Shown here one piece after another: positions 9,758-19,947 of a DNA stretch of 64,000 nt. Position 1 is the first letter of the stretch, and each line of letters opens with the position of its first letter. This DNA comes from Nitrospirota bacterium (GTDB lineage: Bacteria; Nitrospirota; UBA9217). The notes below the pieces were generated by a model. The model made no database searches. It saw only the letters and a program-made list of their open reading frames with translations, and was not told the origin of the DNA. Both the position numbers and the translations under genes were made by a program. Where the stretch lies: contig CAVVUN010000008.1 in NCBI GenBank assembly GCA_963751455.1, forward strand, positions 96,001 through 160,000, read 5' to 3'.

Positions 9758-10074
9758 CGCCTCATGCCTTCCAGCCTGGCTTTTCTTTCCGCAAGGCGCT
9801 GTCGCATGCGGTAAAGAGACGCCCACTCGACGAAATCCATGTCGTCCCCATGCCGCCCCGCTGAGAACTCTTTGATGAAGGCGGTTGACTCCTTTTTATA
9901 GGCGCGTTCAAATTGCTTCAGCTCCTTATCCAGTCTTTTTATCTCTTCTTCATATTTAACCAGCTTGTAATCCATCATTTTGGAAATCGAGCCGGCAACG
10001 AGTTCATCATCGCCGAATTCCCGTATGAATTTTTCCTGCTTCTTTATCTTGATCTTCGATAACGTTTGCGCCAT
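9754..10074 (-). CDS. Putative antitoxin partner (TumA-like)
   Basis: 106 aa helical protein after a GGAGGTGG RBS; FERAY...F...G..GDDMDFVEWA motif; translationally coupled to the DUF6516 gene. Confidence 0.65.
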   Translation of the reverse strand: MAQTLSKIKIKKQEKFIREFGDDELVAGSISKMMDYKLVKYEEEIKRLDKELKQFERAYKKESTAFIKEFSAGRHGDDMDFVEWASLYRMRQRLAERKARLEGMRR

Positions 10075-10492
10075 ACTGCCACCTCCCGGCGGGCTTTTCG
10101 GATTTTAGACTCCCTGTTTTCCAAGCGAATAATAACACAAAATCGGAGCGAAAGGGAAGCGCTCTTTGCCCCCTTCCCCCAAGGCGGATGTGATAGTCAT
10201 GCTCATCGACGACACTGATTTCGTACCGCTGACCCATGCTTCGTATCAAAATTTACCCTGCCGATAACATGCCTTGCATTTGCACGATCCGCTCTTCCCG
10301 TCGTAAGACCACCATTCAGAGGTTTTCTGTCCGCAGAATTCACAGACGCTTTCCGGTCCGGTCCTTGTACCCGTAAGCTTGCCTCGTAGGGCTGCTTGAT
10401 ATGTTCAGCCATGGTGTCCGGTATTTTAATGTCTATTTGCATTGCAACCTCCAAAGCCGCGCCGGATTAACGTTTAGCGGCATAATCTGATA

Positions 10493-10528
10493 TCACAGCC
10501 ATACTTGAACGACTTGAGGATCAGCCAT
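10493..10528 (-). pseudogene. 11-codon stub at the HEPN toxin position
   Basis: ATG overlapping the MNT stop reads MADPQVVQVWL then TGA; resembles a HEPN N-terminus. Confidence 0.5.
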
Positions 10529-10838
10529 AGAGAAGTTTCCCTTCCGCGAAAATATTTTTCAAGAACGGATCGCCCAGGGAAAGCCACTTTTCCACTTCTT
10601 CCGGTTTGTACACGATATAATCAACCGCCGTATGAGTGTCCATTAACCGGTAAAGTTCGCCGATCCGGTCGCTGCCGTAATAAGGCACGTCCTTCTTCAC
10701 AATGAAAAAGTCCAGGTCGTTCACCTCATCTCCGCCCCATGCCGCGGAGCCGAAGAGAATGATCTTCTCAGGCCTGTATTTCTCGATGAGCTGGTCTTTG
10801 ATGCCGTCTATTTCCCGTATGATTTCGCTTCGTGTCAT
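10521..10838 (-). CDS. Minimal nucleotidyltransferase (MNT)
   Basis: PEKIILFGSAAWG...NDLDFFIV...IFAEGKLLYG; start taken at MTRSEII. Confidence 0.85.
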   Translation of the reverse strand: MTRSEIIREIDGIKDQLIEKYRPEKIILFGSAAWGGDEVNDLDFFIVKKDVPYYGSDRIGELYRLMDTHTAVDYIVYKPEEVEKWLSLGDPFLKNIFAEGKLLYG

Positions 10839-10941
10839 GCCGAACGCCTTCCCGCGATCAACAACTATCGGACCATGCCGCGCCATCGTTGGTGGTCCTT
10901 TGCGTCGCCGAGGGTGCACACGATTAGAAGCGGCTTAAACG

Positions 10942-11157
10942 CTATTTGCCGATTATCCCCTCTTTTTTCACCCGGCTTATGAGGCTATCGACGGTTTCGC
11001 CCTTATATATATCTCTCCTGAGTTCCGTATAGTCCCCTTCGCCTTTTTCATATTGCAGGAGAAACCTCAATGCCTCGGGAATGCCCAGGCGCTCTTTCAA
11101 TGCATTCCACCCGGCTTTTCTGAGATCAGCGGGGGTCATTTCCAATGTCCGGCTCAT
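10942..11157 (-). CDS. Small antitoxin-like protein of the type usually found beside PIN toxins
   Basis: 71 aa; G..AL.ERLG...ALRFL.QYE.GEGDYTE.R motif; no PIN gene adjacent. Confidence 0.55.
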   Translation of the reverse strand: MSRTLEMTPADLRKAGWNALKERLGIPEALRFLLQYEKGEGDYTELRRDIYKGETVDSLISRVKKEGIIGK

Positions 11158-11167
11158 ACCTTGATTC

Positions 11168-11440
11168 TCACTTTTCGAGCAGACCCTTCAGGTTATCTTC
11201 AAGCTCCCCGTCTATCTCCTGGTCTATTTCCACGCGATGCTCATAATAGAAAGAAAGGGCGTCATGGATCTGGGAAAGCGACAGGTGAGGAAATTCCCGC
11301 GCAAGCTCTTCAGGAGAGAGTCCGAGCTTATAATAGGCAACAAGGTTGGCGACGCGGGTGCGCGTCCCGGCGATAATCGGACGGCCGGCGCTGATCTCCG
11401 GCCGCGATGATATATAGGGATGAAGTATTTCCGTTGACAT
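11168..11440 (-). CDS. DUF433 HTH protein (VapB45-like antitoxin)
   Basis: PEISAGRPIIAGTRTRV...GLSPEELAREFPHLSLSQIHDALSFYYEH; AAAGGAGAAA RBS. Confidence 0.9.
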   Translation of the reverse strand: MSTEILHPYISSRPEISAGRPIIAGTRTRVANLVAYYKLGLSPEELAREFPHLSLSQIHDALSFYYEHRVEIDQEIDGELEDNLKGLLEK

Positions 11441-11961
11441 AGCTTTTCTCCTTTTTCAGGATTGCCGAGAAGACCTATTTCTATGCAGATAATAGCACGA
11501 AATCGGGACGAGAGCGACGGAATCCTGTGCAATGATTATGGCGGTTGGGGCGTGTTTGTGTCTCAAGGGCGTTTCTGGTGGATACGATTAAAGCGAGTCC
11601 AGATTTTTTTTTACAAATTGTCAATTGAATTTACAATCTGTAAAGACCACCGGTTCTTTGCCAATGAACGACTCTGAGAGCGACGTCTATCGTCCCGGCC
11701 ACCGTTTATGATTCGTAACAATGACGGATCATCGCAGAAAGTCACCAAGCCGCTGCCTGCTCATTTTCCCTTTTATGGCGCATTGCTTTTGCGGAAACTC
11801 GTTTCTCATGAAGCCCGTTTAAGCCGTAGCTGCCTGCCCTCCAGTTGGAAGATAGTTGCAGCACCTATAACGTATTTTAACGGGTAAAGCGCGATTCTGT
11901 GGCGAATGAGTTTCTGCAACAACGGGGTTGACACCTTTTCCTATACATGTTAGTTTTGTTC

Positions 11962-12843
11962 ATGCTCGTTTACCTCGATGGCCATTTCATCCCCCAGGAA
12001 GAGGCTCGGGTTTCGGTCTTCGACCACGGCTTCCTCTACGGAGACGGCATCTACGAGACCATGCGCGCGTACGAGGGAAGGCTCTTTCTTCTTAAGCAAC
12101 ATCTTGCACGGCTCAAACGCTCGGCGAATGCCATCTCTCTCAAGCTTCCATTGCCCCTCGACAAGATCAGCGAGGCACTTAACGAAACCCTGGTCGTGAA
12201 CAAGCTCCGGGAGGCGTATGTCCGGCTTCATGTCTCGCGGGGGCCTGGTGAGATCGGCCTGGATCCTGCTCTCTGTGCTGCTCCGACCATGGTGATAGTG
12301 GCAAAACCGTTTCTCGATTATCCCGCAGCCTACTTCGAACGCGGCCTCCGGGTAGCCATCGTTAAAACACGGCGCAACCATCCGCTTGCCATGAACCCCT
12401 CGATCAAGGGCACGAACTTCTTGAACAACATCCTGGCCAAGATCGAGGCCGTCAAAGCAAAAGCCATTGAAGGCATCATGCTGAACTGGCAGGGTCATGT
12501 TGCGGAAGGGACGATCAGCAATATCTTTGCAGTCAGGAAGGGCATACTCTATACGCCGCATACGGACACGGGCATTCTCGAAGGCGTAACCCGTGACTTG
12601 GTGCTTCGGCTTGCAAGGCGGAAAAAAATTCCGGTCAAGGAAGTCCTTCTAAGTCCAAAAGCGCTTCTTGCTGCTGATGAGTGTTTCATCACGAACACGA
12701 CCATGGAGGTCATGCCGGTTACCACAATAGACAGGAAGCGAGTCGGCAGCGGCAATCCCGGTCCGGTCACGGCCGTACTGAGACAGGCGTACAAGGATGA
12801 GGTCCGATCATGTTTGATGACGCAGGCTGGCTGGCGCAGGTAA
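11962..12843 (+). CDS. ilvE: Branched-chain amino acid aminotransferase (PLP class IV)
   Basis: DHGFLYGDGIYET, PLP lysine in IKGTNF, EGTISNIF, ILEGVTR. Confidence 0.85.
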   Translation: MLVYLDGHFIPQEEARVSVFDHGFLYGDGIYETMRAYEGRLFLLKQHLARLKRSANAISLKLPLPLDKISEALNETLVVNKLREAYVRLHVSRGPGEIGLDPALCAAPTMVIVAKPFLDYPAAYFERGLRVAIVKTRRNHPLAMNPSIKGTNFLNNILAKIEAVKAKAIEGIMLNWQGHVAEGTISNIFAVRKGILYTPHTDTGILEGVTRDLVLRLARRKKIPVKEVLLSPKALLAADECFITNTTMEVMPVTTIDRKRVGSGNPGPVTAVLRQAYKDEVRSCLMTQAGWRR

Positions 12844-13484
12844 TCGATCAGACCATAGTAAGGCCCGACGCCACCATCGCGGACCTCCAAAGGTCGTGCG
12901 AAGATGCAAAAAAGTACGGTTTCGCCTGCGTGGTCGTGCAGGGCTGCCACGTTGTACGGGCGCGCGAACTTCTATCGAACACGCTTATTAAAGTATGCGC
13001 AGTTGTCGGTTTTCCCCACGGGGCCGTTACGACGACCGTCAAGATCGTCGAGGCAATGGAGGCGATACGAAACGGAGCGTCCGAACTCGACATCGTGATG
13101 AACATCGGCATGGCGAAATCCGGCCGCTTTGATTTTGTGGAGATCGATGTCAAGAACATCATCGCTATGACGCCCGGGAAGGTACACAAGGTCATCATTG
13201 AAACGGGAAGTCTTACGCCGGATGAGATCGGGACCGCGTGCCGTATTGCAGCCGGTTCAGGCGCCGAGTTCGTCAAGACATCGACTGGGTACGGACCGCG
13301 GGGGGTATCGGTCGAGGACATATCGCTCATGCGCCGGGCAATCGGGTCGTCCTGCAGAATCAAGGCGGCAGGCGGGATTCGCGATCTTGCTGGTCTGACC
13401 GCGCTTGTGGAAGCAGGGGCTGACAGGATAGGGACCAGTTCAGGATCCGCGATCATGGAGGAATTCCTGAACAGGAGAAAATGA
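12810..13484 (+). CDS. deoC: Deoxyribose-phosphate aldolase
   Basis: VVGFPHGA, ELDIVMN, KVIIET, FVKTSTG, IKAAGGIR, RIGTSSG. Confidence 0.95.
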   Translation: MFDDAGWLAQVIDQTIVRPDATIADLQRSCEDAKKYGFACVVVQGCHVVRARELLSNTLIKVCAVVGFPHGAVTTTVKIVEAMEAIRNGASELDIVMNIGMAKSGRFDFVEIDVKNIIAMTPGKVHKVIIETGSLTPDEIGTACRIAAGSGAEFVKTSTGYGPRGVSVEDISLMRRAIGSSCRIKAAGGIRDLAGLTALVEAGADRIGTSSGSAIMEEFLNRRK

Positions 13485-13685
13485 TGGTCTGGCAATAAGT
13501 CGCCGGCCCGAAAAACCCGGGCTAAGCCTGAGGGAAGCGAAGGCTGAATCGACCTCAAAGAGAGCAGTTAAACACAGAGATCGCAGAGAAAAATCAAACC
13601 TTATATTAAAAAAACTATCACAGGAAGGTGAACGCTTTTTAAGTACTTACAACCCAACATCTTGAATCAAATCTGAAATCAATTT

Positions 13686-13832
13686 TCTCGCAAAGACGCA
13701 AAGTCCGCAAGGAAAGGCAAATGATTTGAGTTTATAACCCCGATTTAAGGATTTTCTTTGCGCCCTTTGCGCCTTTGCGCGAGACGGTTTTGATTTTTGT
13801 TTGTTTCATCGGTCTGAGGAGTGCCTCGTTAA
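13686..13832. repeat. Periodic inverted-repeat element (CGCAAAG arms) plus shared tail
   Basis: Arms TCTCGCAAAGACGCAAAGTCCGCAAGG and CTTTGCGCCCTTTGCGCCTTTGCGCGAGA; tail TTCATCGGTCTGAGGAGTGCCTCGTTAA. Confidence 0.75.
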
Positions 13833-13898
13833 TATCTTATTTTCTTGTTTTTCTTTGCGGCCAAACAAAAGCAACCACTCACATTCAGGATTTTGAGG

Positions 13899-13935
13899 AA
13901 AAAAGCCGGCGTTCGCTCTGAACGTCGGCTTCTAT
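13899..13935 (-). terminator. Intrinsic terminator downstream of lpxC
   Basis: Hairpin AAGCCGGCGTTC-gctct-GAACGTCGGCTT with an A6 run on the + strand (U-tract on -), about 20 bp after the lpxC stop. Confidence 0.7.
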
Positions 13936-13955
13936 TTTTACAAAAACAGCGGATG

Positions 13956-14861
13956 CTAGATGAGCGCATGCTGGAATTGCATCTGGGGCTGTCGCACCGC
14001 CTGTTCTTCCGGCGAACCCACTATAATCCAGTTCTCCGGACTGTCCAGGAGTTTTGCAACCATCTTGGCATTGAGAGCGTGACCTGACTTATGTGCGACC
14101 ATGTGGGCGATGATCGGCATTCCTGCAAGTGAGATGTCGCCGATCAGATCCAATATCTTGTGCCGCACGAACTCATCCGGATACCTGAGACCCTCTTTAT
14201 TCAGGATGGAATCGTCGGTCAGCGCGACTGCATTGTCGAGCGAGGCACCCTTTGCAAGGCCGCTGGCCTGGAGCTTCTGAACGTCGCTCAGGAACCCGAA
14301 GGTCCGGGCGTCAGCTACTTCGCGCAAAAAATTTTCTTCGGAAGCTGCGTATTGCATGCTTTGTTCCTTCAGCATCGGGTGATTGAAATCGATAAAGTAC
14401 GAAATGCTCAGTGAGTCGGAGGGCCACAGCGCTATCTGCCTGTTGCCGTCCCGAACAAAGACGGGCTTTATGAGCTTGAGCATCGGCTGGATCTCTTCCT
14501 GTGACCGGATGCCTGCATCGGCGATAAGCCTGATGAAAGGGCCGGCGCTCCCGTCCATGATAGGAATTTCTTCGGCGTTTATCTCCACGATCGCATTGTC
14601 TATGTTAAGCCCGGAAAGGGCAGCCAGTAGATGCTCCACGGTCCGGACGGATGCATGGTCCCGGCCGAGGCTGGTAGCATAGCTGGTTTCTGTGACATTT
14701 GCCGCGATGACCGGTATGTGAATATCTCCCAGGTCGGTACGGATAAATACTATACCTGTATTGATGGGTGCAGGTTTAATCCGGATTTCTACCGGTTTTC
14801 CGGAATGAAGTCCGATACTTTCACATGCAATTGTCTTTTTAACGGTCCGTTGAAATCTCAT
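13956..14861 (-). CDS. lpxC: UDP-3-O-acyl-N-acetylglucosamine deacetylase
   Basis: TVEHLLAAL, PIMDGSA, ARTFGF, DEFVRHKILDLIGD, KSGHALN. Confidence 0.97.
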   Translation of the reverse strand: MRFQRTVKKTIACESIGLHSGKPVEIRIKPAPINTGIVFIRTDLGDIHIPVIAANVTETSYATSLGRDHASVRTVEHLLAALSGLNIDNAIVEINAEEIPIMDGSAGPFIRLIADAGIRSQEEIQPMLKLIKPVFVRDGNRQIALWPSDSLSISYFIDFNHPMLKEQSMQYAASEENFLREVADARTFGFLSDVQKLQASGLAKGASLDNAVALTDDSILNKEGLRYPDEFVRHKILDLIGDISLAGMPIIAHMVAHKSGHALNAKMVAKLLDSPENWIIVGSPEEQAVRQPQMQFQHALI

Positions 14862-14891
14862 TTTTATATCCTTCCCTTTTTCAGGGAGAAA

Positions 14892-14907
14892 AGCAAGAGC
14901 CGTGCCA
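14892..14907 (-). promoter_or_regulatory. Sigma-54 (-24/-12) promoter of lpxC
   Basis: TGGCAC-GGCTC-TTGCT on the - strand, 30 bp upstream of the ATG; full consensus match. Confidence 0.75.
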
Positions 14908-15117
14908 GTCGTTCAATCCCGCACTATAATGAAAAATCAAATAAATATGATATGTACAATAGTACTTATGTGGCAAAAATGACAATATCGGCATGTGCTT
15001 GTTGCGATAAAACCACAGTTCCGCATTCCAATGCCCACTAAACCATTGACAGCGCATACTGCGGTATGCTAAATATTGACAATTCTTTTAATGTGATAGA
15101 TTCACTGAGGAGAAAAC

Positions 15118-15834
15118 ATGCCGCCCAAGCTTGACGAACTCTATAAGAACGGTATGGAAGCCTTTGACAAGGGAGAATTCGAAAATGCTGAACGTTTTTT
15201 TCAGCAGATTCTCGGCATGAATCCCACGTTCGCCGACATCCAGAACAAGATGGGAATAATCTATAACCAGACAAACCGGCTTAGCCTCGCGGCAAAAGCC
15301 TTTGAAAAAGCTCTGGAGATGAACCCCGGCTATACCGAGGCTTCCTTGAACCTCGCGATAACATACAGTGACCTGGGGATGTATGATAAAGCACGCGCTG
15401 TTTTTGAAAATGCATCTCACTTTTCAGTCGGTGCGAATAAATCCGGTCGCCCATCGATCGACCCCTTCATTAAAGGCAAGCTCGCCGACGAGCACCTGAG
15501 AATCGGCAGGCTTTATTACGAACTCCGGATGCTCGACGAAGCCATAGAAGAATATCAGAAGGCTCTTCGCCTTTCACCGAACTTTGCGGACATCATAACG
15601 CATCTCGGCATTGCCTACAGGGACAAGGGCAGTTACGATGACGCCATTGCCCAGTTCAATCGAGCAAAGAACAGCAATCCACACTACATACCGGCACGCA
15701 TCCATCTCGGCGTTACCTACTATTCACAGGGGTTTTACGGCCTTGCGGAAGAGGAGTGGAGAGAGGCGCTCGTTTTTGACCCGAACAATTCCGCGGTAAA
15801 GACCTATTTGAATTTCGTAAAACCCCATTCCTGA
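15118..15834 (+). CDS. Tetratricopeptide repeat protein
   Basis: About six canonical TPRs (A...F.KAL..NP.Y/FA); GAGGAG RBS. Confidence 0.9.
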   Translation: MPPKLDELYKNGMEAFDKGEFENAERFFQQILGMNPTFADIQNKMGIIYNQTNRLSLAAKAFEKALEMNPGYTEASLNLAITYSDLGMYDKARAVFENASHFSVGANKSGRPSIDPFIKGKLADEHLRIGRLYYELRMLDEAIEEYQKALRLSPNFADIITHLGIAYRDKGSYDDAIAQFNRAKNSNPHYIPARIHLGVTYYSQGFYGLAEEEWREALVFDPNNSAVKTYLNFVKPHS

Positions 15835-15847
15835 TGGAGTTATTTCT

Positions 15848-16807
15848 TTGGATCTTCTTGAAATCAGAGGCCTCACCACCCATTTCTTTACCCGCTCCGG
15901 CGTCGTCAAGGCAGTCGATAACCTTGACTTGAAGCTGCAAAAAGGACGCGTGCTGGGCCTCGTCGGCGAATCGGGCTGCGGCAAGACTGTCACGGCGCTT
16001 TCCATCCTCAATCTCGTTCCGTACCCGGGCAAGATAGTGTCAGGCGCCATATTCTTTGAGGGGCGAGACCTGCTTACGCTGTCGCAGGAAGAGATGCGGA
16101 AAATTCGCGGGGCCAAAATCTCGATGATATTCCAGGAGCCGATGACGGCGCTGAATCCGGTTTTTACCGTGGGAAATCAGATTGCCGAGGTCCTGACCAC
16201 TCACCGGCAAATGACCTCGAAAGAGGCTCTTGACTCCTCGGTTGAACTGCTTCATTCCGTCGGCATTCCGTCTCCTGAAAAACGCGTTCATGAATATCCG
16301 CACCAGCTTTCAGGCGGCATGCGGCAGCGCATCATGATAGCAATGGCCATCGCCTGCAAGCCCTCCCTGGTTCTCGCAGACGAACCGACAACCGCGCTTG
16401 ATGTCACTATCCAGGCGCACATCCTCCAGCTTCTCGGCGCAATCCAGGAGGAAATGGGCATGGCGATGATCCTGGTCACGCACGACCTCGGTCTCATTGC
16501 GGAACGCGCGCAGGAAGTTGCCGTGATGTATGCCGGACGGATTGTTGAGCAGACCGAAACCAGGGAGTTGTTCGCGCATCCGTACCACCCCTATACCCGG
16601 GGGCTCATGGCCTCCATACCGAAGCCTGGCGAGGGCGGTCGAAAAAGGCTGAGAACGATTGCGGGCAGCGTGCCAAGACTCTCGGAACTGCCCGCAGGAT
16701 GCACCTTCGCTCCGCGCTGCGACATGAAGACCGGGCGCTGCGAAGCGGAACCGGAGCTTCTTGAGGTCAACCCCGGCCATCTGGTGAGGTGCTGGGAAGC
16801 GAAGTGA
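15848..16807 (+). CDS. oppD: Oligo/dipeptide ABC transporter ATPase (OppD/DppD type)
   Basis: [29 protein letters not shown]-terminal GC.FAPRC Fe-S motif. Confidence 0.9.
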   Translation: MDLLEIRGLTTHFFTRSGVVKAVDNLDLKLQKGRVLGLVGESGCGKTVTALSILNLVPYPGKIVSGAIFFEGRDLLTLSQEEMRKIRGAKISMIFQEPMTALNPVFTVGNQIAEVLTTHRQMTSKEALDSSVELLHSVGIPSPEKRVHEYPHQLSGGMRQRIMIAMAIACKPSLVLADEPTTALDVTIQAHILQLLGAIQEEMGMAMILVTHDLGLIAERAQEVAVMYAGRIVEQTETRELFAHPYHPYTRGLMASIPKPGEGGRKRLRTIAGSVPRLSELPAGCTFAPRCDMKTGRCEAEPELLEVNPGHLVRCWEAK

Positions 16808-16867
16808 ACCATTGCGGAATGCGGAGTGATAAGATCGGAAGCAAAAATATAATACTGAAAAGCTTCT

Positions 16868-16988
16868 TCCGCAGATTTCGCAGATGTACGCAGATTTTTA
16901 AGAAAGTACCTACTGAGGTCAATCAGAGCAAGTTATAAAAGAATAAATCAGATGTAGTTTTATCTGCGAAATCTGCGCAATCTGCGGA
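16868..16988. repeat. Periodic inverted-repeat element (3 x CGCAGAT arms) between oppD and oppF
   Basis: Arms TCCGCAGATTTCGCAGATGTACGCAGAT and ATCTGCGAAATCTGCGCAATCTGCGGA around an AT-rich spacer. Confidence 0.8.
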
Positions 16989-17016
16989 TAGAAGATGACC
17001 TGTTTCTATCAAACTA

Positions 17017-17979
17017 ATGAGTAATATTCTACTTGAAATAAAAGATCTCTACAAATCTTTCCCGGTAAAAGCCGGGATCGGGAAAACTGTTGAGGCGAAA
17101 GCAGTGGACGGGGTAAACCTTCGGGTCGACCGCGGGGAGGCCGTCGGTCTTGTCGGTGAAAGCGGCTGCGGCAAATCGACTCTCGGCAGGCTCGCGCTCA
17201 GATTAATCGAACCCACCTCAGGAAAGATTTATTTTGAGGGCCGCGACTTGAACACACTGGGGAAAGAGGAACTTCGCGGGCTTCGCAAAAAAATGCAGAT
17301 TATATTCCAGGACCCCTTCGCTTCGCTCAATCCGCGGATGCGGGTCGGGGAAATAATTACAGAACCCCTGGTCATACACGGGCTCGCCAGGGACCGTGAG
17401 CTCGAAGAGCGCGGCGCGGCCCTGCTTCAGAAGGTCGGGCTTCCTGTTGACGCGCTGCGGCGCTATCCGCACGAATTTTCCGGCGGCCAGCGGCAGAGGA
17501 TCGGCATTGCCCGCGCCCTTGCCAGCGGCCCTACCTTTATGGTGGCCGATGAGCCGGTCTCTGCGCTCGATGTCTCGGTCCAGGCGCAGATCATAAATCT
17601 GCTCCAGGACCTTCGCGATGAATTAAAACTCTCATTCCTGTTCATAGCCCACGATCTCAACGTCGTCCGGCATTTCTCGGACCGGGTAGCAGTCATGTAC
17701 CTTGGCAGGATTGTCGAAATCGCGCCTGCTGAAGAAATATACCTCAACCCCTCCCATCCTTATACCGAAGCGCTGCTTGCCGATATTCCGGTTGCGGACC
17801 CGACACTGAAAAAAAAGCATATTCTTTTGAAAGGCGACATCCCGAGCCCTACACAGGTCCCGCCCGGCTGCCGCTTCCATACGCGCTGCATCTACCGCTT
17901 CGAGCCATGCGACAAGATCTTTCCTCGAACCACCGATCTCGGAAACGGCCATTTCGTTGAGTGTCATCTCCGCGGATAA
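17017..17979 (+). CDS. oppF: Oligo/dipeptide ABC transporter ATPase (OppF/DppF type)
   Basis: [37 protein letters not shown]. Confidence 0.9.
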   Translation: MSNILLEIKDLYKSFPVKAGIGKTVEAKAVDGVNLRVDRGEAVGLVGESGCGKSTLGRLALRLIEPTSGKIYFEGRDLNTLGKEELRGLRKKMQIIFQDPFASLNPRMRVGEIITEPLVIHGLARDRELEERGAALLQKVGLPVDALRRYPHEFSGGQRQRIGIARALASGPTFMVADEPVSALDVSVQAQIINLLQDLRDELKLSFLFIAHDLNVVRHFSDRVAVMYLGRIVEIAPAEEIYLNPSHPYTEALLADIPVADPTLKKKHILLKGDIPSPTQVPPGCRFHTRCIYRFEPCDKIFPRTTDLGNGHFVECHLRG

Positions 17980-18071
17980 GATGACGTGATCCGGCCGCGC
18001 CCCTGCTATTTATTCGGATATTCTGATTTTCATTCATGATAATGAATTCGCGTTTATCCTGAAAAAAGCAG

Positions 18072-18207
18072 TTGGACACGGATAAAATCTGATCAACACG
18101 GATTTATAGGAAGTTACGAACAGTAATGGATTCACCCAAAAGGCGAGATGGCTTTTTGCTCTATCACATTGTTTTGATCCGCTGTTTCCGTGTTCATCCG
18201 TGTTCAA
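18072..18207. repeat. Periodic inverted-repeat element (CACGGAT arms)
   Basis: Arms TTGGACACGGATAAAATCTGATCAACACGGAT and ATCCGCTGTTTCCGTGTTCATCCGTGTTCAA. Confidence 0.75.
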
Positions 18208-18299
18208 ATGCCGTTTTTAGGTTTATTTTTTTTTGTCCCCATTCTCATATTTGCAAAAAATTTTATTTTGTAATTTTCAAAAAATCAATGAATTGGGAT

Positions 18300-18315
18300 T
18301 GGCATATTTGATGCA
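18300..18315 (+). promoter_or_regulatory. Sigma-54-type promoter
   Basis: TGGCAT-ATTTG-ATGCA, 34 bp upstream of ATG 18350; 14/16 identical to the site at 52774. Confidence 0.6.
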
Positions 18316-18349
18316 TTTTTCAACGTAAGAGATATTAAAGGGAGACGCC

Positions 18350-18655
18350 ATGAGTACAATTTCAAGAAAAGCAGGGTATATAGGATCGGGCGCAGGGCTG
18401 GTGCTTTTCGCGGTTTTCGGCTTCATGCCCGGAAGCCTTTTAGGCGGTTCCATGGGAATCAGCCTGGCTGGTTTGCTTTTCGGCCTTCCACTTCACTCGG
18501 GACTCGTACCAAGAGTTATTGTACTGGCTTGCATGCTTGTGGGCATTCTGGTTGCCGGCATAGTGATAGTGACGGCTGCGTCCACGGGAGGCTGGCTTGT
18601 GGGGAAACTGCTGGAATCAACCGGCCATCAGAACGACAGCACGGCGGCACACTGA
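18350..18655 (+). CDS. Small Gly-rich hydrophobic membrane protein, function unknown
   Basis: 101 aa with 2-3 hydrophobic GxxxG-rich segments; AAGGGAG RBS. Confidence 0.75.
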   Translation: MSTISRKAGYIGSGAGLVLFAVFGFMPGSLLGGSMGISLAGLLFGLPLHSGLVPRVIVLACMLVGILVAGIVIVTAASTGGWLVGKLLESTGHQNDSTAAH

Positions 18656-18704
18656 TAGAAGTCATACCACGGGATACGACTGCGGAACAGGACTACGCAA
18701 AAGG

Positions 18705-19946
18705 TTAACACAAACTTGATTCTTTTACCGGGGGTTTTTGTTCAACAGGCTTCAAGCCCCTGGCCTTCGTATTGTGCAGGTGAGGAATTATCTGCAGTTC
18801 TTTTACTTCGCCCCTCATCTCTTTTGCCAGCAAATTGAAAAAGATGTTCGCGATCCTCTCATCGAACTGCGTACCCTTGCACTTCATCACTTCCTGAAAG
18901 GCCTCGTTCAATTCCAGTTTTTCCCGGTACGGCCGGTCAGTAGTCATGGCGTCAAATGCGTCAACGAGCGCCAGTATTTTTTCACCGTCGCTCAGTTCGG
19001 GCGCTGCAAGGGAGTCGGGATACCCCTTGCCGTCAGGGCGTTCATGATGGTGCAGCACAAAACGCTCGATGTTCTTCCAGGGAAAGCGTATCTTTGAGAG
19101 TATATTATACGATACGCGCGGATGTTTTTTTATTTCACTGATTTCGACGGCAGTGAGTTCCTCGCCTTTTTTTATTACTTTCGTGTCGATGATGATCTTC
19201 CCGATATCGTGAAGCAGGCCTGCCACGTAAATACCCTCCACGTCCTTCTTCTTCCAGCCGAGTTCACGCGCGATCGCGACCGCATAACAGGCGACGCGGT
19301 ATGAATGATCTTTGGTATACCCGTCCTTTGCGTCGATGGCCGCTGAGAAAGCCTGGATCGTGTCGTGGTAAATCCGCCGCATGCTCTCGTAGAGTCTCTT
19401 GTTTTCCGCTGCCTTCTTGTTGATTTCGGAAAACAGTTTGGCATTATAAAGAGTAATGGCCATCTGGTGCGCTATGACACGAAGAATCTCCCTGTCGCTT
19501 TGACGATAGGATGCCCTGCCCAGTTTTTTCCCGAGCGTGAGGCTGCCCACGAATTCATCTTTAGCGAAAAGCGGGATAAAAATTTTTGTCTGTAATTTGG
19601 AAAATACCGCCCGGTTCCGGTTGAAAAAATCGCTCTCTGCTATTTCGTTCAGGGAATGCGGCTGGTTGATCAGGAATTTCTTTTTGTCCTGCACGGTCAC
19701 TTTCAGCACAATGTCCTGTTCAGCCTTGTCCTTATGGCCTTTATGGGTCAAAAGCTCGAGGCTCTTGCGCTGCTGATTATAGAGGAACAGGGCGGCCGTG
19801 GGAGCTGAAAACATGCCCGTAACCACGTACACCGCCGCCCTCATCTGCTCCGCCAGGTCCTTGGACGAAGTCGCTTCCTTTCCCAGATCGACCAGCGATG
19901 TCATGCTGAACATGAGCCGCTTGAGATGAACTTTATTATCCTTCAT
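18705..19946 (-). CDS. GAF + HD-GYP cyclic-di-GMP phosphodiesterase
   Basis: N-terminal GAF (FIPLFAKDEFVGSL...AITLYNA); YTKDHS, LLHDIGK, HHERPDGKGYP, DAFDAMT. Confidence 0.92.
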   Translation of the reverse strand: MKDNKVHLKRLMFSMTSLVDLGKEATSSKDLAEQMRAAVYVVTGMFSAPTAALFLYNQQRKSLELLTHKGHKDKAEQDIVLKVTVQDKKKFLINQPHSLNEIAESDFFNRNRAVFSKLQTKIFIPLFAKDEFVGSLTLGKKLGRASYRQSDREILRVIAHQMAITLYNAKLFSEINKKAAENKRLYESMRRIYHDTIQAFSAAIDAKDGYTKDHSYRVACYAVAIARELGWKKKDVEGIYVAGLLHDIGKIIIDTKVIKKGEELTAVEISEIKKHPRVSYNILSKIRFPWKNIERFVLHHHERPDGKGYPDSLAAPELSDGEKILALVDAFDAMTTDRPYREKLELNEAFQEVMKCKGTQFDERIANIFFNLLAKEMRGEVKELQIIPHLHNTKARGLKPVEQKPPVKESSLC

Positions 19947-19947
19947 A

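Noticed and set aside
10203-10454. 83-aa ORF MEVAMQIDIKIPD...
   Set aside because: It has an RBS and an antitoxin-like first 20 codons but then loses any recognisable character; probably a chimeric remnant, so not called.
9380-11440. Integron cassette array (short co-oriented TA genes)
   Set aside because: A GTTCGGC precedes the MNT start, but I found no matching RYYYAAC/GTTRRRY attC pairs and no integrase; the junctions look like deletions.
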